From: an uncultured Mucilaginibacter sp.
GTDB taxonomy: Bacteria > Bacteroidota > Bacteroidia > Sphingobacteriales > Sphingobacteriaceae
NCBI GenBank assembly: GCA_964241965.1
Contig: CAXTAP010000001.1
Coordinates: forward strand, 264-64,263
Reading direction: 5' to 3'
DNA length: 64,000 nt
The notes under the pieces were generated by a model. The model worked only from the letters and a program-made list of their open reading frames with translations, did not search any database and was not told where the DNA came from. Both the position numbers and the translations under genes were made by a program. Positions 9,210 to 17,456 of this stretch are shown here, piece after piece. Positions within the stretch are counted from its first letter, which is position 1. Each line of letters starts with the position of its first letter.

Positions 9210-11387
9210 ATGAAAAATCTCCTTACACTCTCACTCGTTATTTGTGCCTGTACAGTTATGGCACAGCCAAAGTATCCTGCCACTAAAACGGTGGACAGCG
9301 CCAACACTTACTTTGGCACCACTTACAAGGATCCTTACCGCTGGCTCGAAAATTTTAAGGACTCCTCAGTAGTTGGCTGGTTTAAACAGCAGGCCAATTA
9401 CAGCAATGCCATCCTGAATAACATATCGGGCCGCGACGCGCTGATTGCCGAATGGAGGATGCTGGATAAATTGCAGCCTCCGCGCATCAGCGCAAGGGTT
9501 TATGAAAACGGCCGTGTGTTTTATAAAAAAACCATGCCCGGCGAAAGCGTGGGCAAGCTTTATTACCGGCAGGGCGTTGCCGGTGCTGAGCAGCTGTTGT
9601 TTGATCCTACCGCTTACATGAAGGGTAAAACACTAACCATAGAAAGCTTTATACCAAGTTTTGATGCCAGGCAGATTGCCATAGCCTATTCAGAGCAGGG
9701 GGCAGAGGTATCCACCATTAAAATTATGAATGTGGATACCAGACAATTTCTGAAGGATGAATTATACCCTACAGCAGGCATCAACGGCTGGAACTTTGCC
9801 AACGATGCTGTGATGTACATCGCCCTGAAATCAGCTAACAATGCCGATCCGGAGCAGCGGCTGAATACCAAAACCAGGCTGCATAAAATAGGGGCCGCCG
9901 CAGGCACTGATGCTGATTATTTCAGCAACGCCGTTTACCCTGAACTGAAGATTGAGCCCAAAGCATACCCCTACGTTTACCTCACCGAAGATAACAAAAG
10001 CTACCTGTTTGCAGGGCTGGGAACCGTAGAGAATGAGTTCACTATGTTTTACGCACCCATAAGCCAGTTTAACGCCGGCCATATTCAATGGAAACCGCTG
10101 TGTACCCCTGCCGACCAGCTGGTACGGGGCATGGAGGTGCATGGCGACCAGGTTTTTGCTATTTCGCATCACAACGGGGCTAAAAATTATAAGCTGGTGG
10201 CAACCGATTTAAAAAACCCCGACTGGAATAATGCCCGGGTCATAGCCGCTGAAAAAGCCGACCAGACTCTAGAATCAATTACCCACTGCAAGGATTATTT
10301 GCTGCTCACCTACAGCGACGGCATCAACAACCATCTTTTCAAGTACAATTTTACTACGCATAAAACTTCAGAAATTAAGCTGCCCTACTCGGGCACCATT
10401 GGCGTGTTCTGCCTCAATAATAAAACCAATGAATGCACGGCCAGCATTACCTCGTGGAATAAGCCGAATACCGAGTACAATTTTAACGCGGTAACCGATG
10501 TTTTCAGTCCGGGCACTTTTAATAAGCCACCGGTATATCTGGCAGCTTACAAGGATTTGATGGTGAAGGAGGTAGAAGTAAAAGGCCACGATGGTGTAAT
10601 GATACCGCTTTCCATCATTTATAAGCAGGGCATCAGGCTCGATGGCAGTAATGTTTGCCTGATGGATGCTTACGGCGCCTATGGCATCAGCATGACGCCC
10701 TATTTTAGCACCCGCGAGGCTGCGCTGGCTGTAAAGGGTGTGGTTATTGCCATTCCGCATGTGCGCGGCGGCAGCGAAAAGGGCGAGGCCTGGTACAGGG
10801 CCGGTTACAAAACTACCAAGCCCAACACCTGGAAGGATTTTAACAGCTGTGCCGAATACCTGATTGCGCAGGGCTATACGCAGCCATCAAAGCTGGCCGG
10901 TACCGGTACCAGTGCAGGCGGCATCCTCATCAGCCGTGCTATTACCGAAAGGCCCGATTTATATGCGGCTGCCATTTGCAATGTGGGCTGCGCCAATGCC
11001 ATGAGGCTTGAGTTTTCATCCAACGGCCCGGTTAACATTCCGGAGTTCGGCACGGTAAAGGACAGCGTGGAATGCAGGGCTTTGTATGAAATGGATGGTA
11101 TGCAGCACGTGGTAAGCGGCACTAAATATCCCGCCGTAATTTGCGTGGGCGGATGGAACGACCCTCGGGTGATTGCCTGGGAGCCGGGTAAGTTTGCGGC
11201 TGCGCTGCAAAATGCAACCGCATCGGGCAAGCCGGTACTCATGAAGGTTAATTATGACAACGGGCATTTTACCGAAGACAAGAGCGTAACCTGGGCAAAC
11301 TTTGCCGACCAGTTTGCTTTCGTGCTGTGGCAGTGCGGCCACCCCGATTTTCAGGCCAAAATCAAAACGCCTTCAGTAAATCCTTAA
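9210..11387 (+). CDS. Prolyl oligopeptidase family (S9) serine peptidase, secreted
   Basis: Signal peptide; DPYRWLE; GTSAGG nucleophile; NDPRV and GH catalytic residues. Confidence 0.92.
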   Translation: MKNLLTLSLVICACTVMAQPKYPATKTVDSANTYFGTTYKDPYRWLENFKDSSVVGWFKQQANYSNAILNNISGRDALIAEWRMLDKLQPPRISARVYENGRVFYKKTMPGESVGKLYYRQGVAGAEQLLFDPTAYMKGKTLTIESFIPSFDARQIAIAYSEQGAEVSTIKIMNVDTRQFLKDELYPTAGINGWNFANDAVMYIALKSANNADPEQRLNTKTRLHKIGAAAGTDADYFSNAVYPELKIEPKAYPYVYLTEDNKSYLFAGLGTVENEFTMFYAPISQFNAGHIQWKPLCTPADQLVRGMEVHGDQVFAISHHNGAKNYKLVATDLKNPDWNNARVIAAEKADQTLESITHCKDYLLLTYSDGINNHLFKYNFTTHKTSEIKLPYSGTIGVFCLNNKTNECTASITSWNKPNTEYNFNAVTDVFSPGTFNKPPVYLAAYKDLMVKEVEVKGHDGVMIPLSIIYKQGIRLDGSNVCLMDAYGAYGISMTPYFSTREAALAVKGVVIAIPHVRGGSEKGEAWYRAGYKTTKPNTWKDFNSCAEYLIAQGYTQPSKLAGTGTSAGGILISRAITERPDLYAAAICNVGCANAMRLEFSSNGPVNIPEFGTVKDSVECRALYEMDGMQHVVSGTKYPAVICVGGWNDPRVIAWEPGKFAAALQNATASGKPVLMKVNYDNGHFTEDKSVTWANFADQFAFVLWQCGHPDFQAKIKTPSVNP

Positions 11388-11504
11388 CAGTGAAGCAGGC
11401 AACAAGCAGGGCAGGGTAAATAAGCAGCAATAGTGTGCTTTCAACTTAAATATATCCTGTCCTGCTTATTGTACGCCTTTAATAATGATCTTATCGAAGG
11501 AAAG

Positions 11505-12221
11505 CTACATTTTGAGTTTCCCTAAACCGCCGTCAACACCCAGCACCTGGCCTGTTATCCAGCTGCTGCTATCACCTAATAAAAATTCGGCTGCCGCGGC
11601 TAAGTCGTCAGGCTGCCCGTAGCGCCCCAGCGGGTGCCGCTTGTTGGCCGCCTCACGTTTCTCATCTGTACTAAGCAAGTTACCGGCCAGCGGCGTGTCC
11701 GTCAGCGATGGCGCCAGGGCATTCACTCTGATATGCTGCGGAGCCAGCTCTGCGGCCAGCGCCAGCGTTAAGCCTTCAATGGCGCCTTTGGCGGCGGCAA
11801 TGCTGGCATGGTAGCTGAGCCCTATAGCCGCTGCTACGGTACTGAACAAAACAACGGATGATGAGCCTGCAGCCCTTAGCCCTTTCAAAGCCTGCTGTAT
11901 CAGCTGCGCGGCGCCTAGGGTGTTAATTTTGTAATCGTTTAAAAAATCTTCCCTGCTCAGGCGGTTAAAGGGTTTGAGGTTAATACTGCCGGCAGCATAT
12001 ACAAGGCCATGCAGCTGCCCGGGCAGCTGCATGGCAAGCAGGCCGAAATCATCCTGCATAATATCGAACGGCAGGTGAGTAACGGAGCCCTGCCAGTTTG
12101 GTGAGGCATGGCGCGACAGGCTGATTACATTAGCGCCACTGGCGGTTAAGCGGTTAACTAAGGTAAGCCCGATGCCCGAACTGCCCCCGGCAATGAGTAT
12201 ATTTTTATTGTCAAAACTCAT
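11505..12221 (-). CDS. SDR family oxidoreductase, atypical active site
   Basis: IAGGSSGIG; NALAPSLTDTPL; ITGQVLGVDGG; IAAAK in place of YxxxK. Confidence 0.85.
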   Translation of the reverse strand: MSFDNKNILIAGGSSGIGLTLVNRLTASGANVISLSRHASPNWQGSVTHLPFDIMQDDFGLLAMQLPGQLHGLVYAAGSINLKPFNRLSREDFLNDYKINTLGAAQLIQQALKGLRAAGSSSVVLFSTVAAAIGLSYHASIAAAKGAIEGLTLALAAELAPQHIRVNALAPSLTDTPLAGNLLSTDEKREAANKRHPLGRYGQPDDLAAAAEFLLGDSSSWITGQVLGVDGGLGKLKM

Positions 12222-12463
12222 GATAAATAATTAAAGGAGAGTAACATAAGTTGGTAAGCATTGTTTACTGTATCATGCCCGCTCCTAAAAGAATATTAAA
12301 GGAAAATCTGCCTCAAAAAATATGCGTTACCTGCCAGAGGCCCTTTACCTGGCGTAAGAAATGGGAAAAATGTTGGGACGATGTCAAATATTGCAGCGAC
12401 AAATGCAGAAGCAACAAATTATAGCGATTTTTGTAAATTACTCCTGCTGAAATATCATAAACA

Positions 12464-13765
12464 ATGAGTGAAAAAACAATACTGGTTTGGTTCAGAAATG
12501 ACTTGCGTGTGCACGACAATGAAATATTGTTTGAGGCCATACGCAAGGCTGATAAAGTATTGCCGGTTTATTGTTTTGATCCTCATTATTTTACCGTTAC
12601 CGCCGCCGGAAGCCTGAAAACCGGTAATATACGCGCTGGGTTTCTGCTGGAAAGCGTGGCGGACCTGCGCCTGAACCTGCAGAAGTTAGGCGGTGATTTG
12701 CTTATCCGTACCGGGCACCCGGCCGATATAATTCCGCAGCTGGCAGAGGAGTATCACATCAGCGAAGTATATCATCACCGGGAGGTGGCCTTTGAGGAAA
12801 CTGCCATATCAGAGCAGGTAGAAGCTGCCTTGTGGAAGATGAAAATTAATTTAAAGCACTTCATCGGCCATACGCTGTATAACAAGGAGGATTTGCCCTT
12901 CCCGATTAAGGATATTCCCGACAGCTTTGCTACTTTTCGTAAAAAGGTGGAGCGCGACAGTACCGTACGTGCCTGCACGCCAACACCGGAGCAGGTGCCT
13001 GTACCGCCCCTGAAGGATGCCGGTGAAATACCATCTCTGGCAGATTTGGGCCTCACTGAACCCATACCCGACGAACGTGCCGCGCAGCGCTTTGAGGGTG
13101 GCGAAACAGCGGCCTTGCAGCAATTGCAGCTATATTTTACCAGCCCGGCGCTGACCGGTAAGGGCAAGGGGGCTGCCGTGCCTTCCAGGCTTTCGCCCTG
13201 GCTGGCTATGGGCTGCGTATCGCTCAGGCGCGTGTACTGGGAAATTATGAACCATGAATATACCTCGGGCAGCTACCCGCTGATGATGGAACTGCTCTGG
13301 CGCGATTACTTCCGCTTTATGTTTAAAAAGCATGGCAGCAGGTTTCATGATGCCGCCGGCTTTGCAGCCGAAGCCCCGGAAACGGCCGATAACCACCGCG
13401 AGCTTTTTGAGCAGTGGAAGGCCGGCGCTACCGGCATGCCCTTTGTTGATGCCAGCATCCATGAGCTGAATGCCACCGGCTATATTGCCAACCCGAGCCG
13501 CCAGCTGGTGGCTGCCTACCTGGTAAAGGAGCTGAAGGCCGACTGGACTTTGGGCGCCGCCTGGTTTGAAGAAAAACTGATTGATTACTCGCCGGCCAGC
13601 AACTGGGGTAACTGGGCCTCCATTGCCGGCGTAGGTAACGACCCGCGCGATAATCGCAATTATAATTTTAAGAAGCTGGCCCACGACCTTGACCTCAAGG
13701 GCGAATATACCAGGCGCTGGCTGCCCGCCGTAGCCAAAGGCGATGAGCTGCAGCCGGCCTCCTGA
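12464..13765 (+). CDS. DASH family cryptochrome (divergent)
   Basis: WFRNDLRVHDN; ELLWRDYF; SNWGNW-x2-IAGVGNDPR DASH signature. Confidence 0.85.
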   Translation: MSEKTILVWFRNDLRVHDNEILFEAIRKADKVLPVYCFDPHYFTVTAAGSLKTGNIRAGFLLESVADLRLNLQKLGGDLLIRTGHPADIIPQLAEEYHISEVYHHREVAFEETAISEQVEAALWKMKINLKHFIGHTLYNKEDLPFPIKDIPDSFATFRKKVERDSTVRACTPTPEQVPVPPLKDAGEIPSLADLGLTEPIPDERAAQRFEGGETAALQQLQLYFTSPALTGKGKGAAVPSRLSPWLAMGCVSLRRVYWEIMNHEYTSGSYPLMMELLWRDYFRFMFKKHGSRFHDAAGFAAEAPETADNHRELFEQWKAGATGMPFVDASIHELNATGYIANPSRQLVAAYLVKELKADWTLGAAWFEEKLIDYSPASNWGNWASIAGVGNDPRDNRNYNFKKLAHDLDLKGEYTRRWLPAVAKGDELQPAS

Positions 13766-13890
13766 AAACAGGCGGCGGCAAACAGCATGAGCCGGGGGGA
13801 ACAGCTTTTGGTTGCTGGTTAGGTGCGGCATAGCTGCCCGTTTCCATAAAAACAGGCTAAACTTATCGCTTAGCTCCTTGTTAAATCTTC

Positions 13891-15426
13891 ATGCCAAAAA
13901 CTTTACGCCTTATTCTGGGCGACCAGCTTAACAGCAGCCATAGCTGGTATAAGAAAACCGATCCGCAGGTTATTTATGTGATGCTGGAGGTGATGCAGGA
14001 ACAGGAATATGTGCTGCACCATGTACAGAAAATACTGGCCTTTTTTGCAGCGATGCGCAATTTTGCCCATCAGCTTGATAAGGCCGGGCACGAAGTGATT
14101 TATATTAAGCTGGACGACCCGGACAACAAGCAGGATTTTGAAAAAAATATTCAGGCCCTGATAAAGCAGCATAAAATAAGGAAGTTTGAATACCAGCTGC
14201 CCGACGAGTACCGGCTGGATGAGCAGCTGAAAAACATCTGCCAGAAAATTGGCATTGAAACTTCTTTCGTTGATACCGAGCATTTCATGACGCAGCGCGA
14301 GGACGTTAAAAAGTTTTTCGGCGATAAAAAAAGCTACCTGATGGAAAGCTTTTACCGGGCCATGCGCGTTAAATCGGGCATACTGATGCAGGGCGATGAC
14401 CCTGTAGGCAAGCGCTGGAATTATGATGCCGATAACCGTAAGAAGTATGACGGGCAGGCGCCGCTGCCCGAGGTTGTGAGCTATAACCATGACGTGGCCG
14501 AGTTAAAGGCCATGATTGACCGCATGGGCGTAAAATACTTCGGCACGGTAGATGAACGCCGGCTGGAGTGGCCGTTATCCCGCAGGGAGGCGGTGCAATC
14601 GCTCAATCATTTCTGCGAGTGCCTGCTGCCATACTTCGGCACCTATGAGGATGCCATGCTGCAAAACCATATCAGCTTGTTTCACTCGCGTATGTCGTTT
14701 GCACTGAATACCAAGCAGATTGCGCCGCTGGAGGTAGTTACGCAGGTGGTAAAGCACTGGCAGGCCAACCAGAAAACCATTTCCATTGCGCAGGCCGAAG
14801 GCTACATCAGGCAGATTATGGGCTGGCGCGAGTTTATGCGCGGTGTGTACTGGGCGCAGATGCCGGGCTATGAGGAGAAAAACTTTTTCGGGCACCGCAA
14901 TAAGGTACCGCACTGGTACTGGGACGGGCAAACCAGGATGAACTGCCTGCAGAAATGTATCGGCCAGTCGCTCGATCATGCCTGGGCGCACCACATACAG
15001 CGGCTGATGGTGATCGGCAATTTCTCGCTGCTGGCCGGCCTGCACCCTGACGGGGTGGACGAGTGGTACCTGGGCGTTTACGTGGATGCCATGCAGTGGG
15101 TGGAAATTACCAACACCCGCGGCATGAGCCAGTTTGCCGACGGCGGCCTGATTGCCTCCAAGCCCTACGCCTCCACCGCCGCCTACATCAATAAAATGAG
15201 CGATTACTGCAAGCATTGCCATTACGATTACAAGAAACGGCACGGCGACCGCGCCTGCCCCTACAACAGCCTGTACTGGAATTTTTTAGACCGCAATGCC
15301 GGCAAGCTTAAAGGCAACCCCCGCATTGGTATGGCCTACAAGCACCTCACCGGCATGACGAAGCAGGAACTGGAAGCAGTTAACGAGCAGGCTGCGGCTT
15401 ACATTGACGACCTGGAAAATTTGTAG
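13891..15426 (+). CDS. FeS-BCP cryptochrome/photolyase (PhrB/CryB-like, putative 6-4 photolyase)
   Basis: LILGDQL; HHIQRLM; four Fe-S cysteines (MNCL, DYCKHC, ACPYNSLYW). Confidence 0.92.
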   Translation: MPKTLRLILGDQLNSSHSWYKKTDPQVIYVMLEVMQEQEYVLHHVQKILAFFAAMRNFAHQLDKAGHEVIYIKLDDPDNKQDFEKNIQALIKQHKIRKFEYQLPDEYRLDEQLKNICQKIGIETSFVDTEHFMTQREDVKKFFGDKKSYLMESFYRAMRVKSGILMQGDDPVGKRWNYDADNRKKYDGQAPLPEVVSYNHDVAELKAMIDRMGVKYFGTVDERRLEWPLSRREAVQSLNHFCECLLPYFGTYEDAMLQNHISLFHSRMSFALNTKQIAPLEVVTQVVKHWQANQKTISIAQAEGYIRQIMGWREFMRGVYWAQMPGYEEKNFFGHRNKVPHWYWDGQTRMNCLQKCIGQSLDHAWAHHIQRLMVIGNFSLLAGLHPDGVDEWYLGVYVDAMQWVEITNTRGMSQFADGGLIASKPYASTAAYINKMSDYCKHCHYDYKKRHGDRACPYNSLYWNFLDRNAGKLKGNPRIGMAYKHLTGMTKQELEAVNEQAAAYIDDLENL

Positions 15427-15462
15427 CAGCAGCGCAAACCGGCTGCTAAGTGTTTCCTGTAC

Positions 15463-15525
15463 CACAGGTGTTCACGTTCACGGAGGCGTGAACACCTGTG
15501 AACGTTCATGAACGTTCATGAACAC
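15463..15525. repeat. 14-bp perfect inverted repeat followed by tandem TGAACGTTCA palindromes
   Basis: CACAGGTGTTCACG-N10-CGTGAACACCTGTG, then (TGAACGTTCA)x2 and TGAACA. Confidence 0.85.
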
Positions 15526-15738
15526 TGACAGGATTGTGGCAATTATTTGAATGAACTTAATGCGGGGGGGGGGTAATCAGGAGCCTTTAGGTTTCTTACC
15601 CTTCAAATGTTAAAGCAATCTTATATTTACCGCATCTTCAAGAAGCTTAAATAATCTCCATTTGCAGATTTTCAGTTTACCTGAGCCAAAGTATAATCTG
15701 TTACCGATTATTTTCAGATTATACTAAAACAAAACGCC

Positions 15739-15769
15739 AAAAAAAGGCAGCTGAATTCAGCCGCCTTTT
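15739..15769 (-). terminator. Intrinsic terminator of the GlcG/HbpS gene
   Basis: AAAAAAAGGCAGCTGAATTCAGCCGCCTTTT hairpin with A/T runs on both sides. Confidence 0.65.
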
Positions 15770-15795
15770 ATATAACAGAAGCTGAAGAAATTATT

Positions 15796-16200
15796 TCAGG
15801 GCTTAAATGCCGCAACACCGGCGGAGGCCACTTCATGATCCTGATCCACTGAACCGCCGGATACGCCGATGGCGCCTACAACTTCGCCCTGCCCGTCCAG
15901 CAGCGGGATACCGCCCGGAAAGGAGATCAAGCCGCCGTTAGAAACCTCGATGTTGTACAGCGGGCCGCCCGGCTGCGACAGCTTGCCGATAGCGCCGCTT
16001 TCCATATCAAAGAAACGGGCCGTTTTAGCCTTTTTAATGGCAATGTCAATGGAGCCGAGCCAGGCTTTCTCCATGCGGTGAAAGGCTTTAAGGTTAGCCC
16101 CGGCATCCACAATGGCAATATTCATAGGTACGCCGATTTCAAGGGCCTTCTGCCTGGCAGCTGATGATATGGCTTCTGCCTGCGCTAATGTAATGTCCAT
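15796..16200 (-). CDS. GlcG/HbpS family heme-binding protein
   Basis: [10 protein letters not shown]...RM...AIKKAKTA; GGIPL; GAIGVSGG...QD. Confidence 0.9.
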   Translation of the reverse strand: MDITLAQAEAISSAARQKALEIGVPMNIAIVDAGANLKAFHRMEKAWLGSIDIAIKKAKTARFFDMESGAIGKLSQPGGPLYNIEVSNGGLISFPGGIPLLDGQGEVVGAIGVSGGSVDQDHEVASAGVAAFKP

Positions 16201-16575
16201 AATAATGTTTTTTGTAATTGATTTTGTATTAGTACAACTCTGTGCCTATCCTGTTTCAATAATTTCACATCATAAAAAATTTGCAGCAGCATAACTGTTT
16301 AGCAGCTATACTGCCGGTAACCGGCAAGCGCCGTTCAGTTTTTTAATTACCGGCCTCTTGCCATCCTCAAAGCAGGTGCTGCCATGTTCTGCAATCAGCC
16401 ACTGCTGTTTAAACAGCAGGCAGCTTAATGGAGTATTTAAGTATTGCTCAAACAAAATCATCCCCCAGAGCATTTTTATGATAAATTTTTTACTGCTAAT
16501 TAATTCATCTCTTGCTGTACGTGTTTGCAGTGAGAGCATTGGTTCAATTATAAACTGCATCATAAAAATTGTTAT

Positions 16576-16935
16576 ATGAACACAAAACCCATATCGCCCA
16601 AAGCGCATTGCCTGACAGATTATGCGCTGGTGAGCAGCCTGCTGGTGCTGCCGCAGCTGCTGGGCTTTAATAAAAAAGTGAAGACCATCTATGCGGCCGA
16701 GGCGCTGACACTGCTGGGCTATGTGGCCGTTACTGATTCGCCCGTAGCTGTAAAGCCGCTTATCCCGTTCCCGGTGCATGGTAAAATAGATCCGTTCAAT
16801 GTAGGGCAGTTTGCGCTGCAAAGTTTTTTTAAACCTTTCAGGGAAGATAAAAAGGCGCTGATTTTTAACATCGGCTTTACTGCGCTTGCCGGCATTACCG
16901 TTTTACTGACCGATTGGGATGGCCCCGTCAAATAA
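16576..16935 (+). CDS. Small membrane protein, SPW-repeat-like
   Basis: ISPKAHCLTDY and PFPVHGKID repeats; hydrophobic segments; ends LLTDW. Confidence 0.55.
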   Translation: MNTKPISPKAHCLTDYALVSSLLVLPQLLGFNKKVKTIYAAEALTLLGYVAVTDSPVAVKPLIPFPVHGKIDPFNVGQFALQSFFKPFREDKKALIFNIGFTALAGITVLLTDWDGPVK

Positions 16936-17020
16936 CGCTATGCTGCAACACGCTGATACTGAACTGCTGAATATCGCTTACTTAGCGAACACATAGTAAC
17001 GGATTCGAAAAGTTTATTAT

Positions 17021-17113
17021 AATTTGTCATTGCGAGGTACGAAGCAATCTCATGCTTCGCAGAGTGAAAACGCATAACGACGAGGTGGCGCCCGTTCCTC
17101 GCAATGGCAAATT
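17021..17113. repeat. GTCAT...ATGAC-type intergenic palindromic element, copy 1 (degenerate)
   Basis: TGTCATTGCGAGGTACGAAGCAATC ... CGTTCCTCGCAATGGCA. Confidence 0.75.
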
Positions 17114-17456
17114 TCTAAATTTTCTGACGGCTTTTAAGGCCGGGGCAATGATTTACCTCCTCCAAAAATCAACAATTCAAACAACCTGCCCCATCATTTT
17201 AACGGCACAATAAAGGCGGTAAGCCTTCAATAAATAAAATAGCCCTTGTCCGATGTTACATATATGGGACATCTGCAAAGGCTTTACAGGCGCTTTAATT
17301 GCTGTTGCCATAGCTGCTCCTGCGGCACCAGATGAAAGTTTTCAAACACTAAAGGCCCCCGCATTTGGTTAATACTAAAAGATTTGTTGAATTTAAATAG
17401 GCGGTTACCGCCTGATATGCTTAATTTTGTACCGTTTTTAAAGATTGGTTTTTCTC

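Noticed and set aside
15463-15525. Possible CRISPR array or LexA box
   Set aside because: There is no repeat-spacer periodicity and no cas gene. GAAC/GTTC spacing does not match GAAC-N4-GTTC, and the site lies between convergent genes.
15564-15573. G10 homopolymer as a phase-variation switch
   Set aside because: It lies between convergent genes, not in a coding sequence or evident promoter.
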